IMG/VR virus record: IMGVR_UViG_3300010885_025649 | Location: 1-64,000 of that record | Reading direction: 5' to 3' (one strand) | Length of the DNA stretch: 64,000 nucleotides | In this document: positions 9,473-21,400 of the stretch, one piece after another | Position numbering within the stretch: position 1 is the stretch's first letter | How the letters are laid out: each line of letters begins with the position of its first letter | Position numbers and translations under genes: made by a program | The notes under the pieces: model-generated | The model's database searches: none | Told to the model about the DNA's origin: nothing | The model's input: the letters and a program-made list of their open reading frames with translations, nothing else

Positions 9473-12400
9473 ATGGCTAGTACAAATGAACAATTAAGAG
9501 CACTAGGAATAACAGGGGAGGTATATAACACCTCCTCTCGTTCTAGTGTTCTTTTTACATCAAGAGGAACTAGCACAAAAGCATTTGATAGGTTACTAAC
9601 TAACGGCAATAAAATAACTAATGTATTACAATACCACATAAATCCTACAGGAGCATTAGGTGGAAAGCTAGTTAATAATGCTACTAATATTTATAGAGCA
9701 AATGATTATAATTCTAGACGCCACCCAGACAGTAGAATTAAACAAGTCCCTAATTATATAGAAGGACCAACTAGAGATAGTTATACTCACATTAAGTTGT
9801 ATGGGGGCACCAAGACTTCCATGTTCAGTACTTCAGGTGCTGGAGGTGGAAATACTCAAGACTTTGGAGAAGAGAGTGAGATAAACCTAAACTATATTTC
9901 TCCTAAGCTAAATAATCTAGAACGGACATTTGTTAAAGATTATTTAAGTGGCAATGCTAAAGATCAGTATCATGATAAAGATATAGCTTTATACTATCAA
10001 GATTATAAAACCCCTGGCATTAGTACAGAAGAAGCTAAGTTAATTAACGCTGCCCAAAAGGGTGACACTATTAATATAGGTAGTGCCACTTTAAGTAGTA
10101 ATAGTATTGTGGGTGCTGCACTAGAAGCTGCTTTAGCTAGGGGTGCACAAGTTAATATTGCTACTACCGTTGATGGAAGTAATACAACAACTACAGCAAG
10201 AACACTAAGTCACTATTCAAACTTAGGTGCAACAGTATTCCCTACTAATGTAGATGGAGTTATACTCCATGCTAACTTCTTAGGAATTAAATATAAGAAT
10301 AAACCTGAAGTAAGTTTAATAACTTCTTTTAGAGCAAGTGCTAAGGCTCAAAGTACTTATGGAGAAACTCAAACTAACCTAGCCATAGAACTCCATGGAG
10401 CAGAAGCTTCCAGTATTAATAAATATATAAATTCTGTATTATTCAAACCAGGAAATGGCCAAGCACCCAGTGCTGTAGGAATTGGTAATAGATTAGCTGA
10501 ACTGGGTAATTCAAATTATCTAAGCGCATTAGTTAATATGAGTGATGCAGTTAATGTTCTTTATACTATCCAAGCAGATATTAGTGGAGATTTATTAACC
10601 AGATATTACAGTGCTAATCAACAAGGATTAACTGGTAGAGCCAGACAGATATATTTAACTCAACCCATCTTTACTGGAGAGCCTGTAGCAGAACAGTTAT
10701 ATTATGTAACTAGAGGAAGTGCTGCTCCTAGTTACGTTAAGGTATTAGATACTATTAGAAGTAGTCCAACTATTTATAATGCTATTAATGGATTTGTGAA
10801 TCAAGCTGTAAGACCTAAAGATGAAACAGCTTTTGGGGCATTTGCTTTTGGCTTCTTAGGGGGACAAGGAGGATTCTTTAAAGGAAATGAGAATCCTATT
10901 CTATCTATATTAGCGGCACCAGCAAGAGGAATAGATAATCTATTCCGGACTCAACGAGCGCCTTTTAATAATGGTGTTTATGGAGCATTAATAGCAGGTA
11001 GCATTGGTTCTATTACTGCAGGAGTTATAGTAAGACAACGCTTTAATAATAATCTAGGATTTATAGCAGGAGCATTAATAGGGGGAAGTATTGGAGCAGC
11101 AATGAACCAAACTCCATCTAATATGTTTAGTACTCCTGGAGTTAAACTAATGGCATTAAACAAAGCTAATAAAGGAGATTTGCAAGATACTAATGCTCCC
11201 GGCCCAGCAGAAAGTCTTATTGGAAATCTATTTAATTCTGTACAATCTGTAGGATTATCCGCATTAATGTATGGAATACAATCTAGAATTGCACCTTTAG
11301 TAATGGATTATATATTCCAAAGCAGTGCTACTACTGCAGCTTTGATGAATAATATTAGTGAAGATCTAAGTAAAATGCCTCCGGGTACTTCTAATGTATC
11401 TAAATTCTTTAGAAGTATTGGAGTCTTTGGTGCTAAAAGTGTTGGACTTGTTAATACTATTGGTAACTTAAATAGTATTCGTAGAGGAATTGCTATTGGT
11501 AACTTAGGATTATATGGATCCTTTGCTAGAGATCTCTTTGGATTAGATATGTTAGTCCAATTAAATAGACCTATAGGTAATGCTACAGGAAATTATACTC
11601 ATGGAGTTGAAGTCTATCATAAAATAGGAGCTGAAAATCCTGGTGTTCTTATTAGACCAGGAGATGATTTTAGAGGTAAGTTAGATCCTATTTTAGATAA
11701 AGGTTATAATATCCAACTAAGTACAGTTTCAAGAGATCCTGAAATCTTACGTCAATATGGTAGAGGAATATTCCGGGAATCCAGTTCATCGGGGTTATTG
11801 GGAAGAGTTAATAAGAAAGTTATAGCAGAGGCGTTAAATACTATTCTAGACTTAAACTCCAGAATACATTTAAAAGATGGAACCTTTGGATTAGCACATA
11901 CTACTTATGGTAGAGCATTTGGTACAGTAGACCAAGAGTTAACCGGAGACTTAAATACACGATTAAATACTGATATTGAAAGCTTTATTAAAACACATCA
12001 TCCAACTGCTACCGTATTAGAAATAGCGGAAATAAAACGCAGGATAATATTTGGTAACGAAGTAGAGATAAATGGAAATAAAGTACGAGCACCAACTTAT
12101 CAATACCTTACTGAGGCTGGTATAGATAATATAGATAGATTGTTTGGATATTACAGACAAGGAATGAATATCTTAGGAGCTATTTATGTTAACCCCATGA
12201 TATTTGCTCTCGGGAACAAACCAAAAGATACTTCATTAACCATTAAGGATTTACTAGCTGCTATTCAAGAAGGAACCTCTAATGTATTTGGATTACCTTT
12301 AAACTTATTTGATAATGATGATAAGTTAAAAGCACTATTTAAAAGTAATAATGATGAGGGGCCTCTTAAATACTTTAGTAGTAAAGGCAAAGCCATTACT

Positions 12401-15400
12401 CAATTGTTTCTACAAGATGCTAGTAACAAAAGTATATCTGCAGACTTATCAACAAACTTAAATACTAATGATAGAGAGGTAAGATCACTAAGGGGATTCT
12501 TTGGTAAAGAATCTAGTGCGCTTGGAGAAAAGATAGCTTTATTAGGAGCTGAAAATAAATTAGCTCTTAGAGGATTAGCTGGATTAAAGTTATTAGGAAT
12601 GACACTACCACTTACTTTAGTAGGATTAGCTTTAGGAGATCAACCAGGAAACTCTTTAACTACAGCTACTACAATGTTATTTGATCAACTACAAAACGGA
12701 CCATCTCTATATGGATCTAAGCTATTAGGAGGTCTAGCAAAAGTAGGTGGAATTAATCAAGACTATTTTACTGGAGGTGTTAAACCCGCATTAGGGTTTA
12801 GTTTAAATCCATTTTATTTAAAGAGAGCAGGCATCGCCACAAATCCTAATGGAACTCCTTTAATGTATTCCGATGGTACCTATCAGTATGTAGATAAAGG
12901 AAGAGACTGGAAAGAAGATCTGCAATTAACTGGGCAATTATCTTTAGAAATTGGTGGAGGTCTTTTAGCTTATAATGCTATTAAACATGGAGTAGGATTA
13001 GCTACTGATTTAGCAGATTTAAAAGCAGGAGGTACTCGCAGCTTAGAAAGAATTATTGGGAGTAGATTAAATAGATTAGCTGGAGAAACTGTATTACCCG
13101 CATTAGCCTTACTTACCTTTGGAGCCGTAGATACGGCTGTGGATAGTCTAGTACAAAAGGTAAGTCCTTATGGAGTTAACTATGGCATGTCCTTTATGTT
13201 ACTTAGTGGTGTTGCTGGAGCAGGTATAGGAGCCGTATTTAATAAAGATTCAGGGCGTATTAAAGCAGGTGCTAAAGGGGCAGTTGGTGGATTATTACTG
13301 GGTGCGGTAGCAACCATGATTGCAGAGTTTGCTACTACATTAGGTGTAGATGCAATTAGAGGTGCCGCTGGATTAATCTCTGGAAGACCTATAGATGATG
13401 CAGTAATGAATAATACTGTAGAAGGTTCTCTAAGAAATACTTATAGATATGCTTTAAGTATTGGAGATATGGCAGGAGCTATTAGAGCTAGAGCAGAAAT
13501 GCAAAGTATGGGATTCTATATAGATAATTCTAATAGTAGATTAAGTCATTCTATAGCTACACAGTTAGGAACAACTCCGGTAGCACAAAATGCTATCTCT
13601 TTAAATATAGATAATAGTGGAGCAGTCATACCTACTCTTAGTTTCCAATTACCTTTATTAGGCTTTGGAGTTAATTTAGAATCACCTGTAAAGTTTGCCT
13701 TTAGATCTAACCAACAATTATTATTAGCTAGGGATCCAGATCAGAATTATAGTAAGGTATATGAAGGTGGTTTAGTATTACCACAACAATTAGGAATGCC
13801 TAATATGTTAGGTATGGGATTAGGAGCCATTGCTGGTATAGCAGCTAAAGGAGCCTTTACTAGATTCGGATTACCAGCAATAGTTCCAATGGCTCTTGGA
13901 GGACTTATTGGAGGATTTGGATTTAATGCTTATAACAGCCTTACTAATAAAGATAAACCAAAACAAGGAAGTCTAAGTATTGAATACAATTCTGGTAATG
14001 ATTTAGAGAAGTTAATGTTAGGTTATACAGCAATAGCTCCTATATTAGTAAGCAGTCAATTAATCAGTGGTGCTTTTATCAACACGGGTATTGGATTAGC
14101 TAATAGTTCCACAAATGAACTAGTACAAAAAGCTGGAGGTACTCTAATAGGTTTAGGATATAAAATAAGTACTAATCCTATAGTTAGCGCTGCTCGAATG
14201 ATGGGAGGGCACGCTAATAATTTAGTAGGTGGACAATGGGGATTATTTAATAATACTTATGGATTAATTAATAGAGACCGAGGAATTCCAGTTATCCCAT
14301 TAAATGATAAATTACCCGGGGGTAAAATTCCAGAAAGGTCCGTAACACATTTACCAGCATTCTTAGTAAAAGGTATAGGTAAAACAGTTAAGTATGCAGC
14401 AGCTTATATGTTATTATCTAACATGTTTGATTTAAATAAGACTATACCTTTAGGAAATGGTAATACAATACCCACATTATTTAGTCCTACAGCAGCCTTA
14501 ATTACAGGAACTTATGCTAGCTTAAAATACGGTCCTAGATTATTACCAGAAGGTAGTATAAAAGAGTTTGCTAATATTATTGGTGGAAGTAGAAGTAGAG
14601 CATTAACCTCTATGTTCGCTGTTATAGGGGCAACAGCATTATATACTTTAAGTGCACAAACCACAAATGGAATTCCAACACCAAGAAAGTCTGTAGCAGC
14701 ATTAAATAACATTGCAAGTATTCCTTTTATAGGAAACCCTCTAGCTAAGATAACTGACTTCTTCTATGGAGTTAGTAGAAATGCATCTATACAAGATAGA
14801 TACACAGTTATCCCTACAGTATTTGGAGGAATTCGTACAGGAACAAATACCAATTCATTACTTACCGGAGATTTTGGAAGTCCTATTGTAAGAAAGCGTG
14901 GTGGTGCTGGTCTTATTACTTCTGATATAACCACAGCATTAAGTTCAGGATCTTTTAGTGGATTATTATATTTAGGTGCTGCCCAGAACACTACATTAAC
15001 TATTACAGGTAATCAAGGATCTAGTTTTACTAAAATGGGCAATTACACATTACCCAGAAATAGCTATGTGCAGATGATTTTCCAAGGAGCAGATTTATCT
15101 TATGCCTATAACTTATTACCCAGCGGAGATAAAGCACAAAAACAAAGAGCATTAGCTAGATTTAATGTAATCAAAAATGCTGGCCCTAATCCTAAGAACA
15201 TATTAAAGGCATTAAATACGCAACGCCCCGGATTCAGTCAGCAAGATTATAGAACTAGTTCCCCATTATTTAGTTCAGCTACTTTAAAAGCAGTTCATTC
15301 TGAGTTAATATTAGCTGCATTAAAACAGCGGCAATTTGTCACTGAATATATCTTAAAGAATCCTTCTGAGGATATCACAAGTTATTTAGATAGTTTAGGT

Positions 15401-18400
15401 GTAGATAAAATGCTTAATGGGATAGGTGCTTTAAGTAAGCAAGTCATCCTACCTGTGCGCGGTAACTTCTACTGGAACAGAACTGCTGTAGGAGGCCCTG
15501 TAGGAGCCGGCCCAACAGGACATCCCTATTTTATTGGTGGTGGGGAAGTAGATACCAGTGCTCAATTAACCTTACAGAACTTTAATTATAATAGTTTACA
15601 AACTGTACAAAATGCCGCGGCTAATGATAAAGCATTAACTATATTTAATCTTGGATTAATAAGTCTTAGTGGATTAATATTAGCAGGACCTTTACTGGGT
15701 AATCTATTTACTAATGCCTCTAGAAGAACAAATATTGATAGATACGTGGCTGAAGGTGGTGGTCAGCGTTCTATGATTAACATAGGAGCTTATAATACAG
15801 AGCGGGGAGGCAACCAATTATTAGCAAAAGTAGCCTTATCTGGTGCTGGGGATAGTAATCTGGGTACTTTAGCTTATCTTGGGGGCTTACCTATTTATCA
15901 TACTGATGTTATACCAGGTAGTTATAAAACCGCATATGACAACGTTTCAAAGAATATATCAGAATTATATGTGGGAGACGCGCAACGAAAGCTTAATACT
16001 ATAGACAGAAATAACATCGCTTCAGTTAAAGAGTTTGCTGAATTAATCCATGGAAAGCTAACAGACTTACGTAACTCAATGTTCACAGGCTCTGAGAATA
16101 TTACGAATGAATTAAACGCACGGCCGGATATTGTAGCTAAATTTGATCCACATAGAGATAGAAATAGATTAGCTAAAATATCTGAATTAGATAAAGTATT
16201 AGCCGGATTACGAGCTGATATAGATTCCGCAGTAGATCCGCATAGATTATTAGAAAAGACTCTAAGCCGTAGAGAGCCATTTAGAGATGTAAGTGCTGCG
16301 GGGGTATTTAAACTGATGGGCTTTGAAGTAGACCCGGGTGGTAATACTTTAGCCAGAATGGCTACATGGTTTGGAGAACGAATTCCAGGAGCTAAAAGTA
16401 TATATGATTTTATCCGCCCTAATAAATTAACCAAGGCAGCTAGAGCAGAAGATCCTCTAAGACTACACACTATGAGTAGTGCAGAATCTGATCGGATATT
16501 AAACGGTTTAGGTGTTAAAGAAAGCGAGCGGATTAAAGCTAGTATCTTTACAGATGTGGAAAATCAAGTAGCCGGGAAAACCGCATTAAGGATTATGGGA
16601 AGTACTGGTGCAGGTGTTATTGGAACCTTACAGAACTTAGCTATTACAAGTATGTTCTTAGATGTTGGGGATAGTAGGCGCAGTATGGTTTATAGAGAAA
16701 ACCAAGCAACAACAGCGCTTGAAACCACTTCTTTATTCTTAGGTACTCATATGGCTACTCAAGTATTAACTACTGGAGGAAAAGCCGCATATGAATTAGC
16801 TACTACTGGAACAATGAATAGAGTAGGATTAGTCGCTATGTTTGCCAACCCTGAAGTAAGTTGGCTCCCCGGCCTTTTTATAGCCGGTGCCACCATGTTT
16901 GGTCCAACAGTATTAGACTGGATGGATCATATGGGTGTACCCGGGATTAAAGGCTTCAAACAAGGTGTAGGAAGTAATCTAGAACGTGCTGCTAATTGGG
17001 CAGATAAAGGATTAAATACTAACCAAAGTGTAGGGAGTACTTCTTTAGGATTCGCGGCATTAACAGCCTTAACTATCTTTACTGCAGGTGGAGGTTTCAT
17101 TGCTGCGGGAGTGGCCGGAGGTGTAGTTGCAGCCGCTAACTCTTTAGCTAATAAAGGTACTAAGGCTACCCCTGCCCAACAATTAGCTAATACTCTTCAA
17201 GCAATACAGAATATTCCTGGAATTGGTCCTAATGTTATAAGACCTATATGGGAAAAAGCTAATGACTTATTTGAGAGTACTTATCAAACTTTAGCAAATC
17301 AAATTAGAGGAGGCTTACAAGCAGATCCTAAGAGTTTCTGGTGGGGTGTTGCTGAAGGAATAGTAGAAGGTTCTTCTGGAAGAAATCTATTTGAGGATAG
17401 AACTAAAATAAACAGTGCTCAGAGTATGTTCTTAAGTGGTTATTATAGAGGTTCTCCACTATTCAGTGTTAATAATAGAGACTATAAAGCTTTAGGATAT
17501 GACGCTAACTACCAGAAGTTCCTAGCAGATACACATGAGCAGGAACAAAGTAGATTAAACACAGACACATTAATTAGCACAAGAATATTACACAAGACTG
17601 TATTAAACGGTATAGCATATTCTGGAGATTATCAAGATGAAGTCTTTGCTAATAGATTAATGGGAGGAAGTCAAGGAAGAATCTTTACTAAAGGTAGTAG
17701 AGCTATAGATAATCTATTAATGCTTTCTATTACTAGTAGAGCAGAAGATACTCAATGGGTATTTGGATCTGTATATAACCGAGCTGTAGAAAGAGAAACT
17801 ATTAAGAATAGTGGTGTAGCTATAGGAGCTATGCTACTACCTACATTAGGTGCTATGGCTACGCTAGGTGGTGCTGGCTATATAGCCAGCAGAGCAGCTA
17901 AGCGAGGTCGTCCACCAAGTTCAGGAGGTCTTACTGAACCTGAGGCACCAAAACCTAATCTACCTGATCCACCTAATCAAGGAGTTCTATTAGAAGAGAG
18001 GCCTGCATCACAAAGAAGAGTATTAACTCAAGCGGAGCAAACTCATGACTTCTTAATATGGCGTAATGAAACTGCTGAAGGTAAAATTGCATATAAGAAT
18101 CATGGCGTACATGCTAGGGGTATATATAATAAATTATATGGAGTTACGGGGCATCAATCTAGTGAGGCTTATGTAAAACCTTTAATGGGTAATGAGGCCC
18201 AGCATGATTATAGGCTATGGTTACAAACTGCTGAAGGTAAAGCCGCCACTATAGAAGGCAAAGGTAGTTTTGATGATTACTTTGACTTGTTTGGATTTAA
18301 AGGTCATCAACCTAAACCTAGTCCACAACCAGTAATACAAAATAAGTTAAATCCAGAGCAGTACTTAGAGTCAGCAAAGCTTGCAGCTACTCGCCCCTCA

Positions 18401-21400
18401 GTTCAAGGTCCTGCAAAGAATCCTACAACTAGTCCATTAAGCACTCCTACTGCTCCATTAGCAGCGCCTATTAGTACTCCTGTAGCACCAGTAGTTAATC
18501 AATTACAGCCGCCAAGTGATGTCACAACAACTCCTTTAACACTAGAAACAACTCCACATACACCAATCACTAATAGAAGATCATACACTTTGGGAGAGCA
18601 TACACAAGGATTAGGAGGTTTAGTACTCGGGGTAGGTTTAGTTGCTACTGCTTGGTCTTTTAGAGAAGCTCAAATGACTAACTTTAAAGACACAGATGCT
18701 GATACAAATCTCTTTATTAGTTCAGCAGGAGTAGCAACACAACTTCTGGGAGGTAAAGCAGGAGTAATTGGTAATACCATTTTAGGTATAGGTATGATTG
18801 GACTACAAGCTAAAGTTGCTGCAGAGAACCAATGGAAGAATCAAGAAGCTAATGCAAATGTAGTAGGAATTGGAAGTAATATATTAGGTAACTTAGCTGG
18901 ATTTACTGCTTTAAGTGCAGTGGCAGAAGGTTTAGGAGGAGTAGCTGGTATAGCTGCAGGAGTGGGAGCAACAACAGGATTAGCAGCAGCAGCCGTCCCA
19001 ATAGCAATTGGTGCAGCAATATTAGGCGGCGCCGCACTTATAGGGGCAACAGCAGAGTGGATTGGAAAAGGAATATATAATAATGTAACCAAACCACAGC
19101 CCGTATCACAGGTCTCAAAACCAGTTACAGTTAGTAATAAATATGTTAATGTGGCCCCTGTATATAAAAATCCAGTTAGTAATAATATACAAGTAGATAA
19201 AACCAATACTGATTATATTAGTGTATATCATTCTAATAGAAGCCCAGTAAGTACAAGAGTGCATTTAGCTAATACTGGTAGTCCACCTATTAGTGATTAT
19301 GTTGGTATGTATCATTCTAATAGAAGTCCTATAAGTAGTAAATTAAGTCTACCTAAACCTGTTCCACATATAGCAGAGTATGTAAGTAAGTACTCGTCTA
19401 GTAGAAGTCCTATTAGTAGTAAACTGCCTTTAACTAAAGTTACTAGTTCACCAATTATCAAATATCAATCTACTAGAAACCCAACCAGTACTAGAATAAA
19501 TCTATCAAATCCTATTAGCAGTTTTATTGATAGACCAGCTCACTTTAATAATCTTAATCCCGCTGAATATGTAAGTAAATATGTATCAAATAGAAGTCCT
19601 ATTAGTACTAAAATTAATCAACACAAAACTAATACTTTAGGTTCAGTTAGTAATACAAAACATATTAATACCAATCCATATTATGCAGTGATTGCTCATG
19701 TAGATGATGATAGAATAAATAGTAATCTTATAGATACAAGACAACTAACATCTTTAAACCAACTTAAGGAAACTTTAGTTAGTATCAAACATAAAGCTAA
19801 TGGACAACATGTAATATTAGATTTAGATACTCATGGTATAGAAGGAAGAGGCTTCGCATTTACAAAAACTGCGCATGGTAAGACTACAGTTAGCGCAATG
19901 TCTGCTAAATATCTTAATAGACAATTGTATGAAGCTGGGTTTAAGAAAGATGACATCACAGTTATTTTAGAAACTTGTAATGCTTATTTCTCTTATAATA
20001 GTTCAAAGAGTGGATTCAAAGCTACTTCAAAAAGTGATATTGAAAAAGCAGAATCTAGAATAAATTCTAGTAAAGCTACAGCTACCTTATTAGACACTAA
20101 TAAAGAAACACCCATAGAGTATAAAATGTATGGGCGCCGGTCAGGTAATTACGAATACTTAGCATTAGCACAATATGTAGGAAATGTAGAATTACAGGGT
20201 CCAGCTAATAGAACAGAGATTGTTGAAGTGCATGGAAATTATAAAGGCTCTGTAGATACCAACTATCCACTGACGTTCCTAAATATACACGATCAAATAA
20301 TCGCAAGTATAAATTCAAACTATATTGAACAATATCCTTCTGGCAGAAGCCCTGTAAGCACAAAGCACAGTAAAAATATATTCCAAAATATCTTTGAGTT
20401 CTTCTTCGGTAAGCCTGTTGCAGCAGATACTTTAAAGGATCCAAGTAATTGGTTAACTAATAGTCAATACACAGCATTAACCAAAACTGCAGGCGCTAGT
20501 AAATTAGAGCAGAGAGTTAATAAGAGTCTACCTGCATTAAATACTAAAGGAACGCCTCTACAAAGTATTCAGAAGAAACCTAATACATTAGACTATATAC
20601 AATCCGCTACTATGAACTTCTTTGATCAGATAAAAGAAGACTTTAATTATATTCTAAATAGAGTTGGTAGTGGTTTAAATAAAATAGGTAATGGAATTGG
20701 CCATGCTATTTCTAATTCAGTAGATGGTATTGGAAAACTATTCGGCAAAAGCTCACAAACCTTTGACCAACAATCCCCAACGTTAATGGCAAATCTTATG
20801 AGAGATTTCAGTCTCACAAAGGAACAAGCCGCGGGAATAGTAGGTAACTTAGGTCATGAGTCTGCGGGGTTACAAGCAGGTATACATCACATTGGATCTA
20901 CAAGCAGTAATGCGGGTATAGGTTGGGCACAATGGGTTGGACCCAGACGTAAAGCCTTTGAGCAATACTTAACTATGACCAATCAAAAGGCTACTGATGC
21001 AAATGCCAATTACGGCTTCTTAAAGCAGGAATTAATGGGGCAATACAGAAGTGCCATTAAAGAAGTCAGAAAGCAATCTACCGTACACAACTCCATGGTT
21101 GTATTCGAGAAGATTTACGAAGGGGCTGGTATAAAGAATTATGCTAGCAGAGAAAGATATGCTAACCGCGCTTTAGCTACATTGGGTAGTATATCTACCA
21201 CAGCAACAGTTAGTAATAATTCAGAAGCACTATTCCCTATAGTTGGGTACAGCTCTTTAACAGCTCCTGTAAGAGGTCAATTTGGTACCCAGAGGCCCGG
21301 GCATGTACACCAAGGTACTGATTATGGTATCCCAGTAGGAACAGGCCTTGTAGCCCCATTAAACGCCACTGTAAGTGAAGCCGGAAGTAATTCCAGTATG

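Noticed and set aside
19226-19612. Repeats as a CRISPR array
   Set aside because: The copies are degenerate at synonymous positions, irregularly spaced and in frame within a CDS, so they are protein repeats.
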